Source: Verrucomicrobiales bacterium | GTDB taxonomy: Bacteria > Verrucomicrobiota > Verrucomicrobiia > Limisphaerales > JAFMIX01 | Assembly: GCA_017853785.1 (NCBI GenBank) | Contig: JAFMIX010000001.1 | Span: 1 to 61,612, forward strand | Reading direction: 5' to 3' | DNA length: 61,612 bases | Part shown: positions 32,100 through 41,148 of the stretch, piece by piece | Layout: every line of letters starts with the position of its first letter | Numbering within the stretch: the stretch's first letter is position 1 | Notes under the pieces: model-generated | Databases searched by the model: none | What the model was told of the DNA's origin: nothing | The model's input: the letters and a program-made list of their open reading frames with translations, nothing else | Position numbers and translations under genes: made by a program

Positions 32100-32621
32100 C
32101 TAGCCCTGCCACAAGTCCCGCGATTCCTCGCGCCAGAGCAGTTTTTTTTTCCAGTCCAGCCCGCCGGAATAACCCCCGATCTTGTGCCGCGCCGCAAGCA
32201 CGCGATGGCACGGCACGAGCACGGGAATGGGGTTCGCTCCGCACGCGCTGCCCACGGCCCGGGCGGCCCGGGGATTTTTCAAGAGCTTTGCGAGTTCGCC
32301 GTAGCTGCGCGTCTCGCCGCGCGGGATTTTGAGCAGTTGCTGCCACACGGTCTGCTGGAATGCCGTGCCCGCGCCCAAATCCAATGGCGGCAGCACGCGC
32401 GGGGCGCGCCCGGCGAGGGCGCGTTTGAGCGCGGCGCGGGTGGCGCGATGCCACCGGGCGATGGGCGCGGGGGCGATGTTCAGTTCCAACTGGCCGCTGC
32501 GGCGTGAGGGGAAACGCAACGCCGCCAAGCCTGTGGCGGAATAGCGGGCGCGGAATATTCCGTCCGGCGTGACCACGGCCAGTTCCACCAACGGATCTGC
32601 GGGAGCAGGTTTCGGCTTCAT
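32100..32621 (-). CDS. ogt: methylated-DNA--protein-cysteine methyltransferase
   Basis: From ATG at 32621. C-terminal IPRGETRSYGELAKLL..PRAARAVGSACGANPIPVLVPCHRVL carries the PCHRV active site. Starts 1 nt after the upstream gene's stop codon (32623-32625). Confidence 0.9.
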   Translation of the reverse strand: MKPKPAPADPLVELAVVTPDGIFRARYSATGLAALRFPSRRSGQLELNIAPAPIARWHRATRAALKRALAGRAPRVLPPLDLGAGTAFQQTVWQQLLKIPRGETRSYGELAKLLKNPRAARAVGSACGANPIPVLVPCHRVLAARHKIGGYSGGLDWKKKLLWREESRDLWQG

Positions 32622-32622
32622 C

Positions 32623-33144
32623 TCAATGACTGCGCAGGAACGCCCACAGGATGCCGATGAGCAGCAGGAACAGTCCGAGGGCAAAGGCGATGAAGCGATT
32701 CCGCGCCACGCGTTTCTCGTAGCGCATGGGGCGCAACCCCTGCACGCCGCCGGCGGCGAGGTAGTTCACCAGGCGCGGATTGCTGGCGGCGGGGCCGCGA
32801 AAATTGTTTTTGAGCCGGGCGATGAGGCCGGCGAGATCGTATTTGCGCACGCCGAGCTCGTTGAAATGTTCCGGCGGTGCGACGCTCTCCGCCTTGGCCT
32901 TCAGCCGGTTCTGGTTCACGTCCTCGAAGATCGGCTCGGTTGCCGGCGGGGCCGGGGCGGCGGGCGCGGTGTGGCCGATGTTCGCGCCGTGCGGCAAAGT
33001 GGCGGGGCGCAGCCGCGGACCGGCGCCAGCGCGGCCGACCTGCACATCCAGTTTTTTGATCTGCTGCTGGAGCGCGGCGATCTGGGCGTTGAGCGCGCGG
33101 GTGCGCGCGGTGACGGGATCGGGTTTTTTAGGCAGCCACCCCAT
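32623..33144 (-). CDS. hypothetical tail-anchored membrane protein with an N-terminal coiled coil
   Basis: 173 aa: ARTRALNAQIAALQQQIKKLDVQV, then a Pro/Ala-rich linker, then a C-terminal TM helix FIAFALGLFLLLIGILWAFL. GC3-rich codon usage like its neighbours. No family recognised. Confidence 0.55.
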   Translation of the reverse strand: MGWLPKKPDPVTARTRALNAQIAALQQQIKKLDVQVGRAGAGPRLRPATLPHGANIGHTAPAAPAPPATEPIFEDVNQNRLKAKAESVAPPEHFNELGVRKYDLAGLIARLKNNFRGPAASNPRLVNYLAAGGVQGLRPMRYEKRVARNRFIAFALGLFLLLIGILWAFLRSH

Positions 33145-33156
33145 GGCATCAATGGG

Positions 33157-33828
33157 TCAGCGCCGGGAGTGGAGCGCGAGGTAAATGATCAGCCCGAGAA
33201 TTGGCACGAGCAATGGCCACGTAAGCGCAAGGCCGACCTTGCAGAGTTGGAAGAAGCCCAACTCGCTGAACGGCGTCACCACCGCCGCGTTCTTGCCCGG
33301 ACTCTTGCCGGGAACCGCTTCGACCGTTTCACTGCCGAGGACGGCGAGCTTCAGCCGGGCGGAATTCCATTCCATCCGCGCGTTCTCGACGATGGTGAGG
33401 GCGCGGGTGAGTTCGATGGAAAAATTTTCTTTCGTCCAGCTCTCTTCCTTGATGGCCTGCAGTTTGACGAGCGCCTCCTTGAAGGCGACGAGCGACCGCG
33501 CCATCTGCTCGGCGTCGCGGCGGGCGGTGACCTCGGATTCTTCCAGCAGGCCGACCCCGCGGGTGAGGTGGTGGAGCAGTTCCTCGCGGCCGGTCTGGAA
33601 TTCCATCTGGCGGCGGCGGGTTTCCTCCAGGGCGGCGCGTTCGCGTTCGAGTTCTTCCTGGGCGCGCTTGAGTTCGGCGAGTTTCTGCTGTTTTTCGGCG
33701 ACGGCGGCATCCACCTCGCTCAACGTCGGCGCGGGCGTGGCAGTAGGCCAATAGCTGGCGGCCGGGGCGGGCGCGCTGGGCTGAAAATCGTCGTCCACAA
33801 ACTCGGTGGCGTCGCGTTCCGATGACAT
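33157..33828 (-). CDS. hypothetical coiled-coil protein with a C-terminal TM anchor
   Basis: 223 aa. An acidic, Pro-rich N-terminus, a long heptad-like segment (EKQQKLAELKRAQEELERERAALEETRRRQ...), and a C-terminal TM helix LALTWPLLVPILGLIIYLAL. Lies 12 nt upstream of the next gene. Confidence 0.55.
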   Translation of the reverse strand: MSSERDATEFVDDDFQPSAPAPAASYWPTATPAPTLSEVDAAVAEKQQKLAELKRAQEELERERAALEETRRRQMEFQTGREELLHHLTRGVGLLEESEVTARRDAEQMARSLVAFKEALVKLQAIKEESWTKENFSIELTRALTIVENARMEWNSARLKLAVLGSETVEAVPGKSPGKNAAVVTPFSELGFFQLCKVGLALTWPLLVPILGLIIYLALHSRR

Positions 33829-34035
33829 GAACCGAGCTTAGTCCGCGTTGAAAACTCTGTAAAGCGGCGTGTTGGGTGAAATTGGTTTCCTGCGCGGGCG
33901 CTGGCGGAGCCGGGGTTTTTGGCGGGTTTGCAAGTGGAGCTCGTGGAATCGGCCTCCGCCGCCGACCGCTTTTGCGTTTGACCCGCCCCCTGGGGCTGGC
34001 TAGTTTGGCCGCTCCAATACTGGAAATCACACGCT

Positions 34036-35691
34036 ATGTTTTTAACGATTCGCCGCCACCAGAAATGGCTGTTCCTGGTCATCAGCACGGTCACCATCAT
34101 CAGTTTTGTCATCTATTTCCGCCCGGGTAGTGGAAATACCGACGCCGGTACGGGTCGGGCCAGCCTCGGCAGCATCTACGGCGAGCCGATTGATGCGGAT
34201 GTCTTCCGCGCCACCGCCGCGCAGGTGCGGCTTTCCTATTTCCTCGGTCACGGCGACTGGCCGGATAACGACCCGGCGGCCAAACAGCAGGGGTTCGATC
34301 TGGAACGCGAAACCTACCAGCGCCTGTTTCTGCTGAATAAGTTGCAAGCCCTGAACATCCGCACCAGCCGCGAAGCCGTCGGGCTTACCGCCGGGCAGAT
34401 CCTCCGCTCACTGGGCCGTGGGAACGGCGCTCTGCCGCTCGCAGACTTTGAAGCCAAAGTGCTCAAACCCCAGGGCATGACGGTTAAAGATTTCAACGAC
34501 CTTATGGAATACGAGCTTGGCGTCCGCCAGATGGTCACCGCGCTCGGCATCAGCGGCAAGCTCACCACCGCGCCGGAAGCGGAACTGCTCTTCCGCCATG
34601 AGCACGAGGAGATCACCACCGAGATCGCCGCCTTTGCCGCCACGAACTTCATGGCCGCCGTCACTGTCACGCCGGAAAAGGTGGACGAATTCTTCAAGGC
34701 ACAGATGGCACGCTATCGCGTGGGCGACCGCCGTCAGGTCAGCTACGTCAGATTTGCCTCCGCCGATTATTTCGACATCGCCGACCGCCAGATTGCCACG
34801 CTCACCAATTTCGCCGCGCAGGTGGACGCGATCTATGCGCAACGCGGCGGCACGAACTACTACAAAGGGGTCACCGCCGAAGCCGCCAAGCAGGAAATCC
34901 GCGCCGATGCCCGCCGCGAATTCGCCCTCCGCTCGGCCCGCACCAACGCCGTGGCGTTCACCGACAAATTACTGGAACTCACGCCGGTTTCCCCCGAGAA
35001 CTTGCAAAAGCTCGCCGCCGATTCCAAGCTCACCGCCGCCATCACCGCGCCCTTTGAACAGCGGACCGGCCCCGTGGAATTGAACGTCCCGGCCAGCTTT
35101 GCCCAGGCCGCGTTCGCGCGCACTGCCGAAGAACCCTTCGTCGGCCCCATCATCGCCGAGGACGCCGTCTACGTCATCGCGCTCAAGAAAGTCATCCCCA
35201 GCGAAATCCCCCCGCTCGACAGCATCCGTCAGGAAGTCACCACGGATTTCAGGAATTACCAAGCCGCGCTGCTCGCCCGCGCCGCCGCCACGAACTTCGC
35301 CGCCGGCCTCCAGCCCGGGGTGGACTTCGCCGCGCATTGCAAAGCCGCGAAAGTCACGCCCATCAAGCTCCCCGCTTTCTCGCTGGCCACCCGCTCCCTG
35401 CCCGAAGCCGAGGAATACCTCAGCCTCGGCCGGTTGCAGGAGGTCGCCTACGGCCTGCCTATTGGCGGCAACAGCGGCTTTGTCCCCACCGGTGACGGCG
35501 GATTGGTGGTCCATGTCCTCACGCGCACGCCTGTGGCCGAAGCCAAGGTGCAGGCCGAACTCCCCGCCTTCCTCGCGCAAGTGCGCCAGACGCGTCAGGG
35601 TGAGGCGTTCAACGCCTGGTTCTCCCGCGAAGCTTCCGTCGGTCTGCGCGACACCCCGCTGGCCCGGCGTCAGGAAGCCGGGCCGCAGTGA
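34036..35691 (+). CDS. PpiD/SurA-like periplasmic chaperone (membrane-anchored; parvulin-like region degenerate)
   Basis: MFLTIRRHQKWLFLVISTVTIISFVIYF (the N-terminal anchor typical of PpiD), a SurA_N-like region, and a later ...FVGPIIAEDAVYVIALKKVIPSE... rotamase-like segment. Confidence 0.65.
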   Translation: MFLTIRRHQKWLFLVISTVTIISFVIYFRPGSGNTDAGTGRASLGSIYGEPIDADVFRATAAQVRLSYFLGHGDWPDNDPAAKQQGFDLERETYQRLFLLNKLQALNIRTSREAVGLTAGQILRSLGRGNGALPLADFEAKVLKPQGMTVKDFNDLMEYELGVRQMVTALGISGKLTTAPEAELLFRHEHEEITTEIAAFAATNFMAAVTVTPEKVDEFFKAQMARYRVGDRRQVSYVRFASADYFDIADRQIATLTNFAAQVDAIYAQRGGTNYYKGVTAEAAKQEIRADARREFALRSARTNAVAFTDKLLELTPVSPENLQKLAADSKLTAAITAPFEQRTGPVELNVPASFAQAAFARTAEEPFVGPIIAEDAVYVIALKKVIPSEIPPLDSIRQEVTTDFRNYQAALLARAAATNFAAGLQPGVDFAAHCKAAKVTPIKLPAFSLATRSLPEAEEYLSLGRLQEVAYGLPIGGNSGFVPTGDGGLVVHVLTRTPVAEAKVQAELPAFLAQVRQTRQGEAFNAWFSREASVGLRDTPLARRQEAGPQ

Positions 35692-35761
35692 CCCGCCGCG
35701 CCCGATGGTAATTTGAAATGCAGCAACCTGCGGGCCACCGCCACCACGCTTGATTCCGCCG

Positions 35762-36559
35762 ATGAGCGCCGCCATCAAACTGTCTGCGCCCGCGACCAAG
35801 GAATTCTGGGAAATTCCCGTCCTGTTTGAAGACGAGCATCTGCTTGCCCTCGACAAGCCCGCCGGCCTGCTGGTCTCGCCCGACCGCAACAATCCCGACC
35901 GCCCGAGCCTGATGCAGTTGCTGCACGCCGGCATCGCCGCCGGCAAACCCTGGGCACAGTCGCGGAATCTGACTTATCTGGCGAACGCACACCGCCTCGA
36001 TTGCGAGACCAGCGGCGTGCTGCTGCTGGCGAAGAACAAGCCCGCCCTCATCGCGCTCGCCAACCTGTTCGGCTCGGAAAAACCGTTGCAGAAATATGTC
36101 GTCCTCGCGCACGGCACGCCGCTGGAGGACCGCTTTGAGATCGGGGCCAAGGTCGCGCCGCATCCCGTCAGGCCCGGCAAGCATCACGTGGATGCCCGGC
36201 GCGGGAAGAAATCGAAGACCGTTTTCACCGCGCTGGAGCGGTTCGCCCACTGCACCCTGCTGCGATGCGAACCCGCCACCGCCCGCCCGCATCAGATCCG
36301 CGTGCACCTGCAAAACGCCGGCTGGCCCGTCGTCGGCGATGAACTCTACGGCGGTCAGCCGCTGCTGCTCTCGCGGTTGAAACCGCATTTCCGCCTGAAG
36401 CCGGGAAAATTTGAACGTCCACTGCTCGCCTCCGCGATGGTTCATGCCGAGGAATTGAATCTGCCGCATCCCGTCACCGGCGAATTGCTCACCGTTGCCG
36501 CGCCATGGCCGAAGGATTTGACCGTGGCGGTAAAGTATCTGCGGCTTTACGGGAAATAA
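35762..36559 (+). CDS. RluA-family pseudouridine synthase
   Basis: LLALDKPAGLLVSPD...LANAHRLDCETSGVLLLAKNK...KYVVLAHG...ARPHQIRVHL; the catalytic Asp lies in the HRLD motif. ATG 35762 is preferred to the tracked TTG at 35750. Confidence 0.88.
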   Translation: MSAAIKLSAPATKEFWEIPVLFEDEHLLALDKPAGLLVSPDRNNPDRPSLMQLLHAGIAAGKPWAQSRNLTYLANAHRLDCETSGVLLLAKNKPALIALANLFGSEKPLQKYVVLAHGTPLEDRFEIGAKVAPHPVRPGKHHVDARRGKKSKTVFTALERFAHCTLLRCEPATARPHQIRVHLQNAGWPVVGDELYGGQPLLLSRLKPHFRLKPGKFERPLLASAMVHAEELNLPHPVTGELLTVAAPWPKDLTVAVKYLRLYGK

Positions 36560-36592
36560 GTCGCGGTTGACCGGCCGCGCCGCCGGGTTTTG

Positions 36593-37489
36593 TCACGCTA
36601 CCGCCCAGTTCAGAATCGCCTTTTGCACGTGCAGCCGGTTTTCCGCCTGCGTGAAGATGGTGGCCGCATTGGCCTCGAAGGTTTCCTCATCGATCTCCTT
36701 GCCGCGATACGCCGGCAGGCAGTGCATCACCAAGGCGCCGGGCCGCGCCCGCCGCACCAGCGCCTGGTTGACCTGATAGCCGGCCAACTGCTCCAGCCGC
36801 GCCGCCGCCTCGGCCTCCTTGCCCATCGAGACCCACACGTCGGTGTAAATCAAATCCGCGCCGCTCACAGCAGCATTCACGTCTTCGGTGCAACTGATCT
36901 TGCCGCCGGCCCGCTCCAATAATTCCGCCGTCGGCTGAAACGCTTTCGGCGCGGCGATGCGCAGCTCGAAGCCGAGCTTGGCCGCCGCAAAAATCCACGA
37001 GTTCGCCACGTTGCACGCGCCGTCGCCGATGAACGTGACGGTCTTGCCGGCGATCGGTCCTCGTTTTTCCTCAAACGTGAAAATATCCGTGAGGATCTGG
37101 CACGGATGCTCGTCGTCCGTGAGCGCGTTGATGGTCGGGATGCCGGAAAATTGTGCGAAGTCCTCCACATCGCGCTGTGCGAAGGTGCGGATGACTGCGC
37201 CGTGCACCATCCGCCCCAGCACCCGCGCCGTGTCCTTGATGGGTTCGCCGCGTCCGAGCTGGATGTCCGCTGCGCTCAGAAACATCGGCCGCCCGCCGAG
37301 TTCGCTGATGCCGACCTCGAACGAGACCCGTGTGCGCGTGGACGACTTGGAAAAGATCAGCGGCCACGTCTGGCCGGCGAGCGGCTGGGTCAGTTCATGC
37401 CCGCGCTGCTGCTTCACCGCGCCGGCGGCGGCAAGGATATATTCCATATCCGCCCGGGCCAGCTTCTCAATGCTCAACAAATGTTTCAT
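36593..37489 (-). CDS. argF: ornithine carbamoyltransferase
   Basis: SKSSTRTRVSFE, HPCQILTD, TDVWVSMG and HCLPAYRGKE motifs. 298 aa. Confidence 0.92.
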   Translation of the reverse strand: MKHLLSIEKLARADMEYILAAAGAVKQQRGHELTQPLAGQTWPLIFSKSSTRTRVSFEVGISELGGRPMFLSAADIQLGRGEPIKDTARVLGRMVHGAVIRTFAQRDVEDFAQFSGIPTINALTDDEHPCQILTDIFTFEEKRGPIAGKTVTFIGDGACNVANSWIFAAAKLGFELRIAAPKAFQPTAELLERAGGKISCTEDVNAAVSGADLIYTDVWVSMGKEAEAAARLEQLAGYQVNQALVRRARPGALVMHCLPAYRGKEIDEETFEANAATIFTQAENRLHVQKAILNWAVA

Positions 37490-37535
37490 GCCTCAAAAAG
37501 GGAGTTTAATAACCAAGCCCCGGCCCGGAGTCACT

Positions 37536-38153
37536 CTATTTTTTCGCCAAATCCGCCGCGCGCCACAGATACCATGCCGCCGTGGTACGGTGCGGTTTCC
37601 ACTTTTCGCCGAACGCTGCCAAGGTCTTCGGCTTGGGCATCTCGCGCTTTTTGTGGGCGAGGCGAAAGCCGTTGCGCACGCCGAAATCGTCCACTGGTAA
37701 TACGTCTTCGCGTCCGAGCTGGAAAACCAACAACATCTCCACCGTCCAGCGCCCGACGCCACGAGCCTCGGTCAAGCGCGTGACGATTTCCTCGTCACTA
37801 AGCTTGGCGATGGCGCGCGAACTGGGAATCGTGCCGTCCAGCGTCTTCGCCGCGATGTCGCGGATGGCCGCGATCTTGGCGAAGGAAAAGCCGCACGCGC
37901 GAATCTGTTTGTCCGTGACCTTCGCCAAGTCTTCCGGGCGCGGAAATTTTTTGCCGGGGAACAATTTCTTGAACCGCGTGAGGATCGTATCCGCCGCCGT
38001 GCCGTTGAGCTGCTGGTGCGCGACGGCCTGCACGAGCGACTGGAACGGCGAGCGTTTTGTTTCCGGCTTCAGCGCACACGGGCCGATGGCGCGGATGAGC
38101 TTCCGCATCACGGGGTCGACGGCGGCAAGGTGTTTGAGCGCGGCCGGGTTCAT
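37536..38153 (-). CDS. DNA-3-methyladenine glycosylase II family (HhH-GPD; AlkA-like, short form)
   Basis: From ATG at 38153: MNPAALKHLAAVDPVMRKLI...SLVQAVAHQQL...LTEARGVGRWTVEMLLVFQLGREDVLPVDDFGVRNG; the HhH-GPD motif with its catalytic Asp. The ATG overlaps the upstream stop (ATGA). Confidence 0.85.
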   Translation of the reverse strand: MNPAALKHLAAVDPVMRKLIRAIGPCALKPETKRSPFQSLVQAVAHQQLNGTAADTILTRFKKLFPGKKFPRPEDLAKVTDKQIRACGFSFAKIAAIRDIAAKTLDGTIPSSRAIAKLSDEEIVTRLTEARGVGRWTVEMLLVFQLGREDVLPVDDFGVRNGFRLAHKKREMPKPKTLAAFGEKWKPHRTTAAWYLWRAADLAKK

Positions 38154-38749
38154 TTGAGTTTCTCCAACGACCGATCGTGCCAGCGGGCGACGAACAGCAT
38201 TGCGCCCGTTGCGCCAATGAGCGCCATGAACATGTCCATCTGCGTATCCCACACGTCGCCTTGCGTGCCGAGGAAGTCCGTCGCTGCGTCGCCGGTCGCG
38301 AGCGCCGTCCACCACTCGATGAATTCGTAGCACGCGCTGAAGGCCAGGCACACGCTCACGACGAGGAATGCCAACCATTTGCCGCGTTGCAACGGCGAGG
38401 TGCGCAACAGCAGCTCGCGCCCGAACACCGCCGGAATGAAACCCTGCGCGAAATGCCCGATGCGGTCGTAATGATTGCGCGTGAAGCCGAACCAATCCTT
38501 CATCCACTCGCCGAATGGAACTTTGGCGTATGTGTAATGTCCGCCGACCGCCAGGATGATGGAGTGCAGCACAAACAGATGCAGGCAGAACCGCGACAGC
38601 GGAAATCGCTTGTGCGTGAACCCCAAAATCACGAGGCCGATCCACGTCGGCGCGTTCTCCATCGCCCACGTCATGCGGTCGGCTTTCGGCGCGATGCCCA
38701 ACGCCACTTGTATAACCAGGATGATGGCGATGAGCGCGGGCAGCGGCAT
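38150..38749 (-). CDS. DUF2238-family inner membrane protein (YjdF-like)
   Basis: 199 aa, multi-TM: ...GGHYTYAKVPFGEWMKDWFGFTRNHYDRIGHFAQGFIPA...EFIEWW.... I recognise this as the YjdF/DUF2238 pattern. Confidence 0.7.
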   Translation of the reverse strand: MPLPALIAIILVIQVALGIAPKADRMTWAMENAPTWIGLVILGFTHKRFPLSRFCLHLFVLHSIILAVGGHYTYAKVPFGEWMKDWFGFTRNHYDRIGHFAQGFIPAVFGRELLLRTSPLQRGKWLAFLVVSVCLAFSACYEFIEWWTALATGDAATDFLGTQGDVWDTQMDMFMALIGATGAMLFVARWHDRSLEKLK

Positions 38750-38753
38750 GATT

Positions 38754-40034
38754 TTAAGCCAGCTTTTTGACCACAGCCTCGATGAAGCCGATGCCTTCCG
38801 CCGCGTCCGCGCGTGTGAGGTTCAGCGCGGGCAGCAGCCGTGCGATCTGGTTACCGCTCGGAATCGTCAGCACGCCCGCATCGTGCAAGCGGTTGACGAA
38901 CTGTATGGCGTGCGGCTTCTCGCTGCCGGCGAACGCCGGGATGTTCTCCGCGAGTTCGATGCCGAGGATGAAGCCCATGCCCCGCGCGCCTTTGATGACG
39001 CCGGGATAAGTCTTTGCCAGCCGGTTGATTTCATTCTTCAAAAATTCCCCGGTTGTCCGCACGTTGTCCGCGAGCTGCTCGCGCTCGATGACTTCAAGGA
39101 CTTTCAACGCTACGGCACACGCGAGCGGCGTGCCGCCGTAGGTCGTGCCGTGAGTGCCCGCGCCGAGCAGGTCGGCGTAAGGCGACCGCACCCAGAATGC
39201 GCCCATCGGAAAACCGCCGCCGAGCGCCTTCGCCATCGAGATGCCGTCCGGCACAAATTTTTCCGCGCCCGCAACGCCTTCGAGGATGCGCTGGAAGCTC
39301 TGGAACTTGCCCGTCCGGAAATGACCGCACTGCACGCCATCCATGAGCAGCAGCAGCTTCTTCTCGTCGCACAACGCGCGCAAGCCGAGCAGATATTCCA
39401 CCGCCGCAGGCGTGATGCCGCCTTCGCCTTGCACCCCCTCAATCATGATGGCAGCGGTGGCGGGCGAGATGGCGGCGCGCATCGCGGCGAGGTCGTTGAA
39501 GGGGACGTGCCGGAAGCCGGGTGTCATCGGCTCGAAACCTTTCTTCACCTTGTCCTGTCCGGTGGCGGCAATGCCCGCGAGCGTGCGGCCGTGAAAGGAA
39601 TTCACGGTGGTGATGACCTCGAACCGGCCTTCGTCGTGGCCGAATTTGCGCGCGAGCTTGAACAAACCTTCGTTCGCCTCCGCGCCGCTGTTGCAGAAAA
39701 AGACTTTGCCCGGCGCGATGCGGCTCACGAGTTCCGCCGCGAGCCGGCCCTGCTGCTCCGTGTAATACAGATTCGAGACGTGGACGAGTTTCTTGGACTG
39801 CTCGACGAGCGCTTCGGTAATGGCCGGGTGGCAATGCCCGAGCGCGCAGACGGCGATGCCGCCACCGAGATCGAGATAGCGCTTGCCGTTCACGTCGAAC
39901 AGCTCGCTGCCGCGCCCGTGGCTGAACGCGATGTCGAAGCGCCCGTAGCTGGGCACGACGTTCTTGGTGAACTGCTCGCGGATGGTCTCAAATTGATTCC
40001 GCAGAATCGGCGGCGGCGGTGCAATATCTTTCAT
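38754..40034 (-). CDS. argD: acetylornithine aminotransferase
   Basis: GSELFDVNGKRYLDLGGGIAVCALGHCHP...FFCNSGAEANE...LLLMDGVQCGHFRTGK...GTTYGGTPLACA; the class III aminotransferase (ArgD) pattern, in arg-gene context. Confidence 0.9.
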   Translation of the reverse strand: MKDIAPPPPILRNQFETIREQFTKNVVPSYGRFDIAFSHGRGSELFDVNGKRYLDLGGGIAVCALGHCHPAITEALVEQSKKLVHVSNLYYTEQQGRLAAELVSRIAPGKVFFCNSGAEANEGLFKLARKFGHDEGRFEVITTVNSFHGRTLAGIAATGQDKVKKGFEPMTPGFRHVPFNDLAAMRAAISPATAAIMIEGVQGEGGITPAAVEYLLGLRALCDEKKLLLLMDGVQCGHFRTGKFQSFQRILEGVAGAEKFVPDGISMAKALGGGFPMGAFWVRSPYADLLGAGTHGTTYGGTPLACAVALKVLEVIEREQLADNVRTTGEFLKNEINRLAKTYPGVIKGARGMGFILGIELAENIPAFAGSEKPHAIQFVNRLHDAGVLTIPSGNQIARLLPALNLTRADAAEGIGFIEAVVKKLA

Positions 40035-40047
40035 TGGGGTGATTTAA

Positions 40048-40111
40048 CCGCAGAGACGCGGAGACGCAGAGAAAAAAATTACAGAAACTCTGCGCCTCCG
40101 CGTCTCGGCGG
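40048..40111. repeat. long GC-rich hairpin repeat (family A) between argB and argD
   Basis: ccgcagagacgcggagacgcagag (40048-40071), a 16-nt A-rich loop, then ctctgcgcctccgcgtctcggcgg (40088-40111). 22/24 positions are complementary. Shares its core with the 12621-12662 hairpin. Confidence 0.8.
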
Positions 40112-40123
40112 TGAGTTGGTTTT

Positions 40124-41005
40124 TCACAAGACGATTTCCGTGCCATTCCCTTCGTCGGTGAAGATTTCCAGCAGCACGGAATGTTGCAGGCGGCCGTCCA
40201 CGAACGAAACCTTGTCCACGCCGGACTGGATGGCGGCGACGGCACTGTCCACCTTCGGAATCATCCCCTTGTCCACGATGCCGGCGGTTTTGAGTGCGGA
40301 TACTTCGGAGATTTGCAGGTGCGTGATGATGGTGGCGGGGTCTTTCGGGTCGCGCATGAGGCCGGGTACGTCGCTCATGAACACCAATCGCTTGGCCTTG
40401 AGCGCGATGGCGGCCTGCGCGGCGGCGACGTCGGCGTTGCAGTTGTAGATCTTGCCGTCCTCGCCGAGCGCCACGGGGCTGATGACCGGCGTGACGCCGC
40501 GCCGGATGCACTGGCGCAGCGGGTCGGTGTTTACCTCGATGACTTCGCCGACGTAGCCGACGTCGATTTTCTTGCCGGGATTGTCCTTGTCGTCGAGCAG
40601 CAGCTTGCGGCATTTGAAGATGTCCGCGCCGCAGAATCCGCGCGCCTTGCCGCCGAGCGATTCAACGGTCTTCACGATTTCCGGATTGATTTCCCGGGAA
40701 AGGACTTTGTCCACGACGTTGACGGTGGCTTCGTCGGTGACGCGCATGCCCTGGATGAAATTCGCCTTCAGCCCGGCGGCTTCCATGGCGCGGGTGATGG
40801 CTTTGCCGCCGCCGTGGACGACGACGGGGTTGATGCCCACGGCTTCAAGGAAGACGACGTCGCGCGCCACGCCGTTGCGGACGGCGGGGTCGGGCGAGTC
40901 CATGAACGAACCGCCGTATTTGACGACGAACGTCTGGCTGCGGAATTTCTGGATGTAAGGCAACGCTTCAAGCAGCGTCGTGGCTTTGGCGATGAGGTCT
41001 TGCAC
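40124..41005 (-). CDS. argB: acetylglutamate kinase
   Basis: FVVKYGGSFM...NPVVVHGGGKAI...GYVGEV...NADVAAAQAAIALKAKRLVFMSDVPG; the canonical ArgB. Confidence 0.95.
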   Translation of the reverse strand: MQDLIAKATTLLEALPYIQKFRSQTFVVKYGGSFMDSPDPAVRNGVARDVVFLEAVGINPVVVHGGGKAITRAMEAAGLKANFIQGMRVTDEATVNVVDKVLSREINPEIVKTVESLGGKARGFCGADIFKCRKLLLDDKDNPGKKIDVGYVGEVIEVNTDPLRQCIRRGVTPVISPVALGEDGKIYNCNADVAAAQAAIALKAKRLVFMSDVPGLMRDPKDPATIITHLQISEVSALKTAGIVDKGMIPKVDSAVAAIQSGVDKVSFVDGRLQHSVLLEIFTDEGNGTEIVL

Positions 41006-41148
41006 GGCTGATTCTTAACAGTTGTCCGGTGGCAACGAAAGCCGGTTTTGTTTCAGGAACGCCTCCCCCGATTAGGGGATGATGTGGCGAAGGAAAAACA
41101 TTGTTTCAAAACCCTTGGGCGGGATAATACGTCGAACAACACGCCACC

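Noticed and set aside
38556-40448. 630-aa plus-strand ORF.
   Set aside because: It is antisense to the yjdF-like gene, argD and argB, spans the intergenic hairpin, and has no protein-family resemblance.
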